A DNA stretch of 64,000 bases, from contig CM052832.1 in assembly GCA_028534125.1 (NCBI GenBank), positions 23,314,001 to 23,378,000 of the forward strand, written 5' to 3'. Below, one piece after another: positions 1-15,364 of this stretch. The position numbers and the translations under genes were made by a program. Position 1 is the first letter of the stretch. Every line of letters begins with the position of its first letter. Source of the stretch: Lama glama. Lineage: Eukaryota. Below the pieces are notes generated by a model. It saw only the letters and a program-made list of their open reading frames with translations. It was not told the DNA's origin and did no database searches.

Positions 1-325
1 ACTTTCAGGACAGCTGGCACATAGAGGAGGCCAAATGATAGCCGCAAAGCCAAGCAATTCACTGCCCCCAGTTACACTGTCTTTCAAGGAGCAGGTGACT
101 TCTGCATGTGTCCTCTCCAGTTCTGCAAAATCTTTTTTATTTTGCATTCAGTGGGATCCTAGAAACTTAAAGAGCAGACCATAATGGAGAGCTCTTACAC
201 TGATGTGAATTAAATGGTATTTGACCTCAAACCTCACCTCACAAAAAATTACAAATTCTTTACAAGTCCCTGGCTATCCTATAATATAGAAGATGCTACA
301 AAAAGCAATCATAAAAGTATAATGA

Positions 326-445
326 CACAGAGAAAAAAAATGTGACAATGAGTGTGTATATGTCCATGTATGACTGAAAAATTGTGCTGAACACTGGAAT
401 TTGACACATTGTAAAATGATTATAAATCAATAAAAAATGTTTTTA
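326..445 (+). mobile_element. Short 5'-truncated young L1 3' end with TSD
   Basis: L1 3' UTR tail (gtatgactgaa...ttgacacattgtaaaatgattataaatcaataaaaaa) flanked by the 13-bp direct repeat AAAAGTATAATGA (313-325 and 446-458). Confidence 0.8.
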
Positions 446-3400
446 AAAAGTATAATGATAAGTTTAGTCACTAAACTTAACATTTGGTATGCATTCTGTT
501 CTGTCTAAAAATGTCACTGTTGAGACTGGAACTCTTAAAATATGATGAGGTTTAACCTAGGTACTTATTTTTCTGATGCTTTTATTGTAGTTTCATTGTT
601 TCAGTCATGTTTCAGATGTACAAAAGCTGTCTCTTTAAAGGGAAAAATAACAAAGACATTATTTAGTAGACAATTAACAATATGTGCTACCAGATAATGA
701 AAATATATAAAGTACCTGTTAAGTAGATTAAGCCAAGTGTGTTTATATCTATCTAGGATAATAGATTAAAATGTTGCCTAAAGGTAAGAGGTTTGTTTAA
801 ATTAGGTATCCCCCAAAGTAGGGATTTGATTTGAGACAAAGATTTGATTGCAAATAGTTTATTAAGGAGGTACAGGGACTGCTGGTAGGGGGGCAGCAGG
901 AAAGGAAGGATAGCTAATGAAGGCAGTGTAGTTAAGTCGTAACTTTGGAGACGAACTGGTCACCCCAAAGGGTGAGGGAGATGGAGTAATTATGCCCTAA
1001 CTCCAATCAGCCACCTATTGAGGGCTTCTGGGGGTTGGTGTTAATTCACAGTTGGAAGTATGAAGCAGTGAAGTGATCAAGTGGGCAGCACCCCCTACCT
1101 CCACAGTATCTGCACACACTTTCAAGGGTAAAATACATTCTTACATCAAGTAATTATGCAAATATTAACATGCTAACTGCCTGCCCTTTCCCCACACCAA
1201 AACAGTCGAAATCTAGCAGTGATAGTATTTTTTAAATAATTATAGCCAAGGAAAATAGTTCTAACTTTAAACATTCTTTTCCAAACAAAAAAATTTCTAG
1301 AACATCAAATAACTGAATGTTATATGAAAAGGACAGAAATAAAGATTTAATTTAAACTTCCATTAGGCTTTGGGTTGCAAAATATGTTGAGAAAATCCAT
1401 GAAACTGGCCCTACAAAAATATAACAAGAATTTCTCAGGGCAATTCTATCCCAAAATAGTGTCAATAAATCATTTATGGATTGAGCTGGAGGTGAATACA
1501 AGCAACTAGAAATAGAATTCAGTTGTGTATTTCAGTACTTCAAAGAAGGGAAGGACTTGCCCATGGCCACCTAATCAATCCAAATGGTCTCCTTTTTAAA
1601 GAGAAAAATCAAAGTTTCTCATTTCCTTTGTTGGTTGGTTGGTTGGCTGGTAATTTACAGACTACCTGTGGTTCTCCAACACATACACATGTTGCAACAG
1701 TGTATCTACAGATATATTGATGTTGGATGTTGCATAGCACATATAGCACCACTTTTGCTATATATATGGCAGGATATGGTGGAATTTGTTTGCTTTGTTT
1801 GTTTGTTTTGGAAACATACTGATGTTACCTGAGTCTGCAAAGCCCTCACCATCTGTGGCAGCCCCAGGTTCAGGCAGATGAGCTGAGAGTTGCCCAAAGG
1901 AATGCAGTTTTCTCTAGGTATCAGATGGCAAGCCTATAGTCTGTTAAAGAATTTCTCACCTAGTTTTCACCTCTGCTTATCATTTACCAATTTTACATCT
2001 ATACCCTCAACTCCAAAAAAAAAAAAAATGACAAGCATTCCATGGTCACATCCTGGGTGGATCTTAAAGAGTATTGGAAATAGTACATGCAGCTGTTAGC
2101 AGCTCCAAATACACAATCCAAGGCATTTAAATGCCCAGTCTGCAATGCTGGCAACGAAAGACAAGAATAGCAGTTACTTTTTTTTAATCAAAGATAAATG
2201 CTGCCGGATTATGCCTGAAAAAGGCAGGGCCAGCCTAACTCGAAGGCAGAGAAGTGCAGCATCAATGTGAACAGAAGGGAAAGGCTCCTGGGAAGGGTGT
2301 GCAGACACAACTCCCTGAAGGCCTTTTAAGTAGAAAGCAAATTGGTTTTAAATTTTGGAAAGAAAAATACTGATCTCAGCTGCTTTTTAAAATTAAGAAG
2401 CAGATTTTAAGTATACACAACAAAAAGTTTGTTCTGACTTTCTCTGGGTGAGGGCATTTCAGTGACTTTACTTAAGGATTATCAAATTTTTTTGACATGG
2501 GTGTCAACTACTTTCATAATCAAAAATTTTATAATAAGCTATATAGACTTTGAAAAAATGAAAGACAAAATAAAGTATGGTGTCTGACTAAATTATTACG
2601 CTATTATTATGCATAATATATATTATTATTATGCTAGGGAATAATAATTATAGATTGTGGTTGTTAAGGCAAGAAATAGAGGGTTTAGACAAGGGGCAGA
2701 GATTACGATGCATACAGTGGTTAGAGAAAGCCTGTCGGAAGAAATACTTCAGCTAAGCTTGCAAAGAATCAAACCTAACCCCGTGAAGTATGGTGGCGAA
2801 ACAGCACATGGTAAGGCCCTTATGCGGGAAAGCCTTGGTGACTTAAACTAACCAGCATGGCTGAAATTCAGAAAGAGAGAGGCAGAGTAGAACGGAGGAG
2901 AATTAGGGAGAAGCAAGTACCAATTCCTTCAGGCACCTGAAAGCCCATTTAAGGAGTTCATCTTTTAATCTCAGTACAGTGAAAGCCATGAAAGGACCTT
3001 ACGCAGGGAAGAGAAGTCACGTGGGCTGATCATTCTCACTGACCAGAGCAATGGAGAAGGAAGACTGATAAGAAGCTGGTTGTGGTTATAGCGGGAACAT
3101 CCTGCCACTTTCATCCCTGCATTTGCTGACTACCAAGCCCCCTGCAGCTTTAGATCCCACTCACTTGGCAAAACTGCCTCCCCTCAATATCTAATCATCC
3201 TAATCACTTAGCTCCCAGACACCCGTGCAATCTTCACCCCAAACCCATAAACCCATCCAAGTGGATGCCCCCACGTTCTAGGGGCCCTGCTCCACAGACC
3301 CCATCTACCCTTTGCTCTGTAGTTTCCATCTGCACTGCAGACCCCTGGGAGGATGAAGCCCGATCGTCCCAGAATCACCATCTCCTTTATTTCTTCACTT

Positions 3401-6400
3401 AACCTCCTGGTTCAAACTCATGCCATCTTCTGTGTTCTGGGTACCAGGTGTCAGCATTTAATTTCATGGGATTATAAAATGTCTGGGGTTGAAAAGGACT
3501 TTAGAGATACGCTGGTTCAACCTCCAGGTTTTCATGATGAGGAAACAGATCTTGCATGGTTAGAAGACTTAACCAAGGTCCCAAAGGTTAGGACGTCTGA
3601 CTTCCTACTTAAGAGTTTGTTGCATGATTTTAAAGCAATTTAAAAAAAAAAAAAAGAACACTTGCAAAGTGCTTCACGTTTTACAGAACACTTCTACACG
3701 CACCATCTCATACAGTTACTGCAGCTGCCAAGTGTGAGATATAAACTAAACCTGAGAAAGATGGAGTGCTGAGTGCGTGGCTAAGCCAGGCTCAGACCCA
3801 GGTCTTCTGGTTCGTAAGCACAGCACAAACTATGAAAATGCCCTTCTAGTTAGATGAAGTTAGTCCAGGGGCATTAAAGCGAGAGGTTTTCTATTTCTGC
3901 TCATTATTTTTGATTAATTATACCTTTTTGTTTAATTTTACATTCCTTCTGAAGATCAGATTCTTTTCCTACTGTGTTATTAAGGAGGGACTTTGTCCAA
4001 TACTGGGATTTTACTGGAATGAGGATGAGGGCTTCTGAGCAGAAGAGGAAACTTAAAGAGGACAAAGAAAATGAAGAAAAAAGATGCACATTTGACGAAA
4101 TTTATGATTAGGCCTAAAGTTGGACGTGAATGCAGACCTAATGTCATGATGGCAAATAATCTTTGTCTGAAGACCCCCCCCCCAAAACTGGTTGTTTTAT
4201 TCCAATTATTTCCAACAGTGAAAGAAGGTGGATGATTTTGTGGAGTTCATCATTAAAAGACTTGAACTATGTACAAACTAGATGATATGTATTACAGTTT
4301 TTCGGCACATCTGAGGCTTAAAGTTTCTAATCCAATGTCAAAGACATTCTAAGTGACAAAAAAGAAAAAGTCCTTGGTTGCTTTGCAGGATGTGGAAGAG
4401 GTTACTGCTTCAGAGTAAATATATTTTGGAATGCATTGCATCCTCATGCTTCAATTAGTTCTATTCTTGTTCTGAAAGTGGAAAGGGGTCAGCAGCCCTG
4501 CATAACTAACACTTAAACAGCAGCAGCTGATGCAAACAGGCACCCAGCACTCACCCAGAAGTGGCTCACTCCTGCCCTCAGAGTCCAACAGAGACAGGTT
4601 AACAGAACATTTATGCAAGAGTCATTGCTTGCTTGCTCTCTAATTTGCTTTTACATTGATGAGCTCAAACATTTTTTTCCAAAAAAAATTCAATAGAACA
4701 TTTTAATTTAATTTTAATTAAAAATTTTTAATATCAAACTTATTATCAACATCCCCTTAGAGTAGGGAGGTACACTTAAGTGTGCTGTAAAACCTCTCAA
4801 GTGTGGATGAAAAAAAATCTGCACTTATCTGAAATGCTAAGTACCCTAAGAATATAGCTTGTTCCCTCTGTGAATAACTGCTAAGCTAAGAGAAATCTTA
4901 TGGGTCTACTAACTGAAAGCCCACAGTAATGTATTTATTAGGGTTTTCTTTATATTATCCATTGGATTTGGAGAAAGGGGTGTATATAACAAATCAGGCA
5001 GACAACACTACTTGTTTTCAGAAGGCTAAGAAAAAATGTCTAAAATAGCTAGTTTTCCACTGAAAATAATCATACAAAATGCCCATCTCTCTCATACCAT
5101 CAGATCTGAACGTATTTCAGGACATCCTCTGTGTTGCTGCCTTCTATCCAGTTTACGGTCTTCACCAATTAAGCCACCCAAGTTGTGACACGCTGCTTCT
5201 GGCTTAGCTCAGTTGAGGGCTGGGGGCATAAAGGAGTCAGTAAATACCTCACTCTGCATACCTCTCATACCTATGGAGAGACCCCAAGATTGTGGTTCAC
5301 AGACGTACAGAGAGCTCACAGTGCATTACCTCAGCCTTGGGGGCCTGCACATTCCTCCGAGTTAAGTGAAATCAGGCGGCCCTGAATCACTTTTTCTAAC
5401 ACTGCGCTCCATTGTAAGTAGCCAGTGTTTAAGATCAGGTAGATGACTGACTAGCTGACGATGATAAGATTGTACCGCTAAGATCACCCTTTTCAAGCTT
5501 GTTAAAGCACTGAATGGCACTTTTGTACATGGGACTTAAAGCTCAATAAGAATTCCTGGGACTGAGTAATGTCTGTATTCATGTTCAGTTATTTTTTCCT
5601 TCTTTGGGTAAAGGCACCAGAACTGTCTTTATATTTAAGATTCAGATGAAAGCAGAAAATGAAAATAATGTTTTAGAGATACAAAATAAGTCACAGTCAT
5701 CCAAATGTCACACTCTGCCTTCTTAAAAGCTGAGTTTCATGTAAAGAGCATTTTATTTGCCTTTGAATCAGTGCGATACAAAAGGCATAAGCATAATTTT
5801 CAGGCAGTTTCTGATTCTTAGAAGTCTATTTTTACAAACAACAAGAATGACAATCATTATGGGTAACTTTCTCCATCATTAATAGCTCCTTAAGATAAAA
5901 GAATATCACACTCTAATACCAACTATATAAAACTGCTGAACAAAAAAAAAAAGGTAAAAAATGAACAATCTAGAACATTGTCTACATAAAAGCAAACAAC
6001 TGAACTGGCCTTCATCGATCACTTAGTCCCTTTACTAATCCCCTAGGACAGCAATAGCATTAATATAATTTAGCTGTGTCCCTCCTGGCCAAGGGCTATG
6101 GCTTTATGGTTCCATGGCCAGCTTATTTTTGGCTCTGAGAAAAGTCAGTCAAAAGCCAGAGCAAGAAACTAGTGACTCCACTTCCACCATTAAGGCATAT
6201 GGCCATTGACCCTAGTGGCTTTGCCACTGATCTTTCCATCCAAACTGCCTGCAAACAGAACATTCTGAAGATGTGACAGCTGAATTTTAAGTGCAGCCAC
6301 ATTGCACTTCTAGCCAAGAGGGAGCCTGCCAATGCTTTCCCAAGGTCTTAGAACTCAGGAAGAGTAAGGTAAATTTAGATGAAGTTGACAAATCTCGTGA

Positions 6401-9400
6401 AAAAGTTAAAGATCTTGGCATTCATATATCTATTTAAAAAAAAAAAAAAGGAGATTAAAAAAGCAAGTTAAACAAAACACACGGTTCTGCTACATCCTTG
6501 GGAAACTTTTTCTGCATGCCAAAGAAGAAAAAAGCTCTTAAATATATGGGAAATACACTTTAATATCAGAAAAACCTAGAAAAAAATATTTTTAAATAAT
6601 GGATAGCACTTACAAAAGAACTCTGAAAATACAGTATATCGTGTTCTGGGACAGTTAAAGTTTTAGATGATTTAAGCATCGTTTACTCCTTAAATTGTTA
6701 TACCAATATATACTTAAGACCTGATTCTTAGATTTTAAAATTGTGTTTAAGATCCCTAACCCAAAATAGCTAGCAGCATGTTACTCTGCTTTCCTGGAAT
6801 TACAGATCAACAGGGCTAGAAAGATATTCAAGATGATTTGTTTCAACACCTATTTATAGATGTGGGTCCTGAGACGCAGACAGGATGAAAGTCATGCGGT
6901 AACAATATGAAAACTAGGACCCAGATTCCTTGACTCTTAGTTTAATTTACTGAGCCTGAGTTGTGATTTAAAATAATAATAGTTCGACAAATTTTGAGAT
7001 TGGTTCCAGCAGTCACTCCAGGCATAGTGTGCTACCATAGGCGATAAAAAATAACTAAAGGGGAGAATAAAGACAATGATAAAGAGACATTCTTCCCTCC
7101 CCACCTCCCAAAAAAATACTCTCAATAAACAACAAAAAAATTTCATTCCACACTTCTGCCCTAAATAGTCAAATGTATTGCCTAAATTCTTCATTTCCCT
7201 TTAATGCCATAATCTAAATTAGAAGCATTTTGTTTCTTACAACACGTTTTAGCAATTTGATAACCTGAGGTTAAAATAAGCCATAAATCTTAGTGACTTA
7301 AAACAAAAAGTGTTTACTCACTTATGCTAAATATCCATTCTGGCTCAGTGGGGGGCGCTGTACATCATTTTCAGGGACACAGGCCAAGGGAACAGCTACC
7401 ATAGATTCCCAGGGGGTCTCATACCATGGATTACACACTCCCCTTCAGAAATGACACACAATTCTGCTAGCAAATCATTGGTCAAACTGGTCACATAACC
7501 CCATCCAACCATGTGGGCGTCAGAAAATGCACTACTGAAGGCAGAAAGCCAGAAATATTTGGAAAACAGTGTTACTACCACACATCATAAATAATTAGAT
7601 ATCGAACCTTCTCTGATTGAATACACAACTTTACTAAGTACCTAATTTTTTTCATCATAAGCAGAAGGAAGATAAAAAGAATGTTACCAAGAATCAAGAC
7701 CCTTCAGCAACAGCCTTTGTTCAATCACGAGATAACCAATGCCCGTAGCAAACCACAGCAGTTTCCTCACTTGTAAAATAATGAGTGACCAGGAATGGCT
7801 TCTGAGGTCCCATCTAGCTTTACAGGCCTACAGTCCTAACTTCCTGCGTTTATAAATACATCCAGGAGGTCTCACTGGTTGTGCTGGCCGTGCTAAAATC
7901 AGGATATATTCTCTTGAAAATATAATATTCAAATATAGAAGCATTAATTTCATACAAAAATGATGATTACTTGGTGGTTGGGTTGTTTGGGGCTTTTTGG
8001 TTCCATTTTGCTCTTTTCCAAATAGTCTGAGAAGTAGAAAAAAATCTCACTTTGTTCAAGAATTATGTAACTTGCATAGGGCTTGCTTCAAAGAACCCTA
8101 CACCATGTCTAGGGGCAGTTTTCCTAACCAAAGCAAAAGTTTTCTGTCCATTCTGGATCTGACCACATTTTACCACGCTTAGATGCACTACTTTTTTTGT
8201 TATCTATTTCTCTCTGCTTACAACTGTCTCTTTTCTTACAGTGTTGAAAGAATTCTAAATTCTACAAGGCAACATGTAGCATTATGGTTTCATGACATTT
8301 TACCTGAAATAAGATCATTTTCTTCAACCAGTTGAGGAGATGTAATCATTCATATTTAATCCTGATCATTAAGAATAACCCTAACAGGAAAAAAATTTTT
8401 ATTTTATGTAATATGGAGAGAACGCTAGAAGCTCCTTTTCAAGGAAGGAAAATGTGAAATTAGACATATGACTCTCTTTAAAAAGTGAATCTTTTTTAAT
8501 AAAAGGTAGACTATAAAGCAAGTCACTTGAACCCAAAATACGTTATTCAGATCCTATGTTATTAAATATCTTGATCTGTGCCGTTAAGGAAGTTGAATTT
8601 GGGGCCTAATGAATGAAAAGCACCCTGGTTAGCTATTGATTAACTAAAGTAGACGGTCTCAACAAAACCTAAAATTAACTCTGCACTTTTCTCTTCCACA
8701 AATGATAGATTCCTCCATGGGATTTTCTCCCAACTATCCAATGTAACAAAAAGACTCTCTTGCTTTCCAGTTGTTTCCAGGAGCCTGCTTTACCTGACTG
8801 AAGAAGGAAACTTTTATCCTTGCATAAACCTCAAGATTTGTGAAATCATGTTTCAAAGTCATTAAAGACGACCAGACATGGGAGGGAAGCCAAGTCATAA
8901 ACTATACATGCTGTTAATCACTTCAGATATATGTGCATGTAAAATCAATTTACTGGTTTTAAAAAAAGAAAGGAAAAAAAAAACATTATTTCCCTGCCTA
9001 GAGCTAAGTCTTGGGCCCAGTGACGCTGTACAAACCTCAGTGTGGCTTCCAGCACCGGACTCAGAAGCTCTTTTCAGCTTTAAGCATGACGTTAATCAAT
9101 GGACCCAGAAGTCTGGTCTGCTCTCTGTTGCAGCTGTTTGCAACTAACTTGAATTATTATCATTACAGAGCTTCTCCCAATTTCTGAACTCCAAACACAG
9201 TATAGGGCATTGTTCATTCATCCACATTATAGGAAAACAGAGATTTGTTTTGAAAATAAAGGTCTACCTAAAGCCTCAAGTCATTATGTCAGAAACTAAA
9301 CTGCAAGTTGACGGTAGTGAAATATGAGCTCAGAAAGAACTAGAGAAATAGAAGCATTAAGTCTTAAACTTTCTAACTGCCTGTGTTAACCAAGGCAGTC

Positions 9401-12400
9401 TTAAATTAGAAGCACTTTTCTTCCTTCCAAGGAAACTTTCATCCACTCAATAAAGGGATTAGACAAGAGAGAGAGTTCTTTACCAGAACAGTGAATCAGA
9501 TTACCGAGGAAACTTTTTCAAATACACATACCCATCCACACCTCAGACCTACTTCATCAGGTGGTGTGTATATTTTGAAAAGGTTCCACAAAAGAATTCT
9601 GATCTATACTTTTAGTTTGTAAATCCTAAATCCCTGAGGTTCTTTCCAGCTTTAAGCGCGACATTAATCAATGGAGCCAATCAGAAAAGAGCCCTCCAGA
9701 GTTGAATCAATAAGGCTCTGCAAGCAATAATGATTTATTGATGACATGGTGAGACTGTAGTAAAAAGAAAGGTGGCACCTGGTTTCCATCTTGCAGTTCA
9801 GTTGTTGAGAAAGCTTTACTATCAGATCTGCATTTCACAGACAGCCTTGTACAGAGAAGGGGAGTAGGCTTTGGCCCAAGCTCAAATCCTTGCTTCTCCA
9901 TTAGTAACTAAACCTGCACTAGTGACTGAACTGAAACCCTTGTGAGTCTCAGTTTTGCCATGTGTGAAATGGGAATAAGAATTCTTCTCTCACCTGTGCA
10001 CAGTGCTGCATGCAGAGCTTAACACGTAATAGGTGCTGGGTAAATGTTACTTCCCAAAATCACACTGCCTTCTGCATCTGTCTCCTCGTTTCTCCGAAGA
10101 CAAGCCTCTTTTTGTGTTTTAAAAGGCTTTCTCTTTATAAAACTACTAAGACATTTTGATTCAAAGAGAAAACTGTACTCTTAATTATTCATGCCAATGA
10201 CAGCAACATATAAGACAGATGAAATATCATCCCTAATAATCCAAAACTTGCGGTTTACTTATTACTATTTCCCAAACCACAGACCTCACCTTAGTCATTT
10301 CTATTTGCAGGTAGAATCTACCACTTTTCTAAGTAGAAGACCTTGAGCAAGTCACTTCAACTTGTGGGCCTTGGTTGTGGAAGGTATGAATGTTAATAAC
10401 TTCACCATCTACTTCACAGGGTTGTGTGAGATCCAACTGAAATAATGCATCACAAAGTTATTTAATGTGCATTTAATTTTGTGCAAATATAAAGGGAGGC
10501 TATTATACAGCAATTCTTAACAAACTTTCACCAGGCTTCTCAGATACGACAAATTTGACTTGACTTCACCCTCATTTTCTTCCTTCATTCCCGTATAAGG
10601 GAGATGGTAAAAAATACAAACAAGCAACAAACAAAAACACCAGCTAAATGTGAAGAAGGTATATGCCTGAAGAATAAGTTGACTTGTAACTGTAATATCA
10701 CACATGAGTTCCAACGTCAATAATGGATTTCCCATTTGTTTTTCACAGGTGTATTTCACTTTAGTAACTCACATAACGAGGCTTTTTTATTTTCCACAAC
10801 CTTCCTAATATATTCTCAGAATAGGTCTGTGGATTTGTAGTTAAATATGCATATATAAGACTTTATATTTTTATATTTTCAAATAATACGAAAAGAAGAA
10901 AAGCAAACAGCAAAGGTACAATTTTCTAAAATGAGCAAATTTTAATATAGGGTGCTCTCTAAGCATACCAGAATGACTACAGACAACATAAAGAATATTG
11001 TAGCCCACAAGTCCTATTACAAGACTGGCCCATTTTGGTTTGGTTGATTTGGCAATGCCCCCTTAGATTCTTATATCACCTGACATGTGGTGCCATACAT
11101 CTATTTTTTTCATTAAAAAATAGAATAAATTTTGTAAAATCCTTCAAAACTGTGGGTACATGAAACTAGGGTAGCCCATCAATACGCTGCCAACAGAGGG
11201 TGGTGGGGTCCCAGAGTTTCAACTGACCTCTCTACAAGGCCACTTTGGGAATGTACCATTTCTGTTGTGCCTGAGTTGACCTTGACCATAGCCTAGCAAT
11301 GAAGATCTTGCTGCTCACTCAGTATCTGTTGCCTAAATCTGAGCTCCCCAGTCTAGCCACAGACCTAGGTTTCAAAATTTTCTTCTTTCGACTAGCGATT
11401 TAACAAATCCTGATTCTGACATGCATCAAGTAAAAAAAATTATGCATAGTAGTTTACTGTTCTGTTAGTAGTTTCTAGTTTTACTCATGTTTCAAAAAGC
11501 TTTACTTTATGCATTTTGAGTAATTTTGGTAAGTGCATATTTTAGACTTCCAAACTATAACATGTTAAGACTAAACTCATAAATGAAAATGTGAACTTGA
11601 ATCATTCCAGTAAGCTTGTCACTTTATATTCACTAAGCAAATTGAGCTAAATAATAGTAATTAGTCCAACCAAATTAAAACTAATTATTCTGTACACCAG
11701 AAATTGACACATCATAACTGACTATACTTCAATAAAAATAAATTTATGAAATTAAATTTAAAACTATAATGATTAATTTGAATGATATTCAACAAGCTGG
11801 GAATAAAGTATAAAAGCCAGAACTAAATTTAACAGTAAGTATACAGTACCTGTTTTTTCATTGCACAGTTTCAGTAGGACATTAAAGAGAAGTTTCAAAT
11901 GAAAGGTGGGATATACACCAGAGTCATAGACGGAAGGACTCAATACTGTCAATACATAAATTCTCCCCAAATGAATGTATAGATTCAATGTAGTTCCAAT
12001 AAACAATGGAATGAGGGCGGCGTGTAGATCACAAAGTGAACTTGTAGTCAAGGACTTGTAGTCAGTGAGGCACACTGAGCCAGTCTGGGAAGACCGCTCC
12101 ATCCCCACACCATACCTTCTCTGCGGACACATACAAGCTCTGGATAAATATAACCAATTATTTTAAATACATAGCTGGGCAGAAAGCAAGAAAGGGCACT
12201 CTCCCAGAAACAAAAAAAGAAACCCAAAACCCGCAACAGTGATTAGGAATTGAAGACCTAGTAGGAATAGGAAAATAGGATATTTACCTTAGAGTGTGGC
12301 GTTCACCCACTCCGTGGAGCTAGAAGTGAGCACCTTACATCAAGTCAGCGGGGTGGAATAACGAGAAAAACCCCATCCTCTTGGAAGGAAAGCAGTACAG

Positions 12401-14779
12401 AAGCACGCCACTGGTGCTGGGCTATATATAGATGGAAAGAGAGTCAGCAATGAGAAATCAGAGACTTACGCCTGCCCGAAGAACAAGGAAGGGACTCAAA
12501 CGCACTCTAACCACACACGATTGGAAACCAGATCTCAAACCGAGGACGCACGCAGACCTCGATGAAAGAAATGTGAAACACCTCCACAACCCAGGACATG
12601 TGGCACTCACATGCTGAACGTGCAGTCCAAGGTGATAAGGCACGAGCAAACCAGCACGGGAGACAGGGGACTAGCCGATAAATCAGAAAAGAGGGTTTAC
12701 CACCGAAAGTACAGATAATAAGGCCACTCTGAGAAGTTTAGTATTTTTTAAAATGTTGGGGAAGATAAAGGAGGAACAGAACATGTAAGTGAAGAATAAG
12801 ACGTTATGAAGTGAAAGAGCAAAATTTCAAGGATTTTGTGATAGAGACAAAAATTTTGACATAGAGATCTAGAATTTAAAATATCTTTATTTAAAAAAAA
12901 AGGGGGGAGACCACTTCAATATAGTATATTATTGCTTAAATTTTTTCTTCTCAACTTTTGGTTAAAGGCCTAAGTGAGACTTTACCCGTAGTAAGCAGAG
13001 GCTTTAGGGAACATTCCAAGTCTCCACCAACCCTCCTGCACACCATGAAAACCTCTCAGAATGAGAAGCTATGTGGGGGTCAACTGAACTTGACCCACCC
13101 CTTGGAGCAAAGACCCTGCACCCAACCCCCAGCCACTGGTGGGCAGTGTGAGTAAGAAAGAGAAATCTGCTGCTGTAAACCACTGAGGTTTTAAGGTTGT
13201 TTGTTACACTATATTATCAAAGCAAAAGCTGACGAGTGCAACCAGCTGAAGAGAGAATTAGCGAAATGAAAGATAAATCTGAAGAAAGTCTTGGGCATGA
13301 TACAGAGAAACAATTTTAATGGAAAACATATGAAGTGAAGAGACATGAGGACAGAATAAGAATTTCCAGCATATGCTTGTAATAACATTGAGAGTTAGAC
13401 TAGAGAAAATGGGAAATGTATGCATCTTCTGTAGCCATGAAACAACTTACCACAGACTTAGTATCTGCTCCAGGCTCCTAGTCACATGGACCCCTCACAA
13501 CATGGCAGCTTGCTCCTTTCAAGCCAGCAGGAGAATCTCTCTCCAGTCTTATAAAACAGAACATAATCATGGGAGTAACTATCCCACCATCTTCCCAGGC
13601 TCCGGCCACACTCAAGGGGAGAGGATTTATAGAGGTGTATACCAGAAGGCGGAATCTGGAGAGACATCTTAGAATTTTGCCTCCTACAGGGAAGACCCCA
13701 TAGCTGAAGATATAAAATGCCCCAGGTCCCACAACTGTTAGCACTTTTGCTCCTAACCACTGTACTAAGGGAACTGCACACAGCATTGAGCAAAGTCCTA
13801 CAATAGCATGGCCCTGGCCTCAGGATCCCCAGGGCACAGCAGGATTTCCTCTCGAGCCACTGAAGACTCATTCACATCCCCATGCCAAGTCATCACCTTC
13901 TTCTATCCTTGCAGGTCAATCTAACATTCTACCTCTGGGTCCAAAGTTCCACTTCTATGGAATAAACCACACTTGTTCTTTGTCAATGTAATTACTCTGT
14001 GTGCAACTCACATATTTTTCAAGTTGTCTTTTCAACTTTTAGGAACACATTAATAGAAACATTACTTAGATTGTCCTCTTGTCACTCCTTTACCATTAAA
14101 AGACTTAGATTGAATAGCATTGCAAATGCTGGGAAGATAACACGAAAGCTAATAGTTTAAAGTCCTTTTTAAATTTCCAAAAGCTGAAAAGTGACATCCA
14201 TTAGCATTCTTGTTTATTCTAGAGCTTATTGGCTTATGGGCATTATCTTTATTGTTTTATAGGAACACATACTTTTTTTTTAATTGATCAATGGCAGAAT
14301 ACAAATGGTGAACAATTCATCTTAGCTGTTTATTGCTTCTGTGATTCTCTGGAAACAGAAGGGGGAAAATGTCTTATGTGCTTATTACACAAAAGCAGTA
14401 TCTCAGATCATTTCCCCAGCTGTGGAACAGACTGCAAGCCTCATCTTAAAAATTACCTAATGTATATCTTAATTGATTAGTTAAAATTCTCTGAGCATGA
14501 TTTTAAGAAATGAAAATAGTTATTGAGACATTCCTGTGAGTAAATTTGATTCCTATAATAACCATCTCTGCCCTTCCCTTCCACCCTCTTGCCAATTATG
14601 CTTCATTGAAAAACTACAAATGGTGTCATATGTGTGACCCTTATAATAAACAAGCAGGGCTCATGGGGATGTAATCAGAAAATGACTTTATCTGTTTCCT
14701 CCACTGCCTCTTTAAGTTTATTATGTGGGGCTGGTTCTTCCCTTGTCCTTGGATGAAATTCAGGACAGTTACCATGACT

Positions 14780-15005
14780 TTCCTTTTTTTTTTTTTCCTA
14801 CTCTCAAATATCTTTCTTTTTAATTTTTTATGTTTCTTTTTTACTGAAGGATAGTCCCTTTACAATGCACTAATTTCTGGTATACTGCACAGTGATTTAT
14901 GTACTCATTTATGTATATTCCTTTTCATAATCTTTTTCACTATAAGGCCATTATGAGGTATTGAATATAGTTCCCTGGGCTATACAGCAGGATCCTGTTA
15001 TCTGT
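14780..15005 (-). mobile_element. L1 3' end fragment
   Basis: Poly-T followed by antisense L1 3' UTR (attgaatatagttccctgggctatacag). CATGACT flanks both sides. Confidence 0.75.
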
Positions 15006-15364
15006 CATGACTCTTCTAATCAGTCTTAAATAATGAAGACTTTTCAAGTCACTCTAAGTCCAAAAAATCAATCACAGTTCTGTAATTAATGTGTCCAATT
15101 TAATACAGCACTCAAACTCTCCCAACTTGATGTAAAGTTAAACGTCTCCCTCCTACAGGTAAGTATGGCCTCGTGTATTGGGAAAGGTATATAAAGATTC
15201 TTCTCTCTTCAGCCATATGCTAATTTAGGTTACCCCCCACTTTCTAATACAAAAGTAGGGCTGAGGTAGGGGAAGAGGAGGCAGCAGGAAAATTCTTCGA
15301 CTGATACAGATGTAATGATTTAATGCTGGTCATCTATGAGTGTTCAAATCTTACTTAAAAAATT

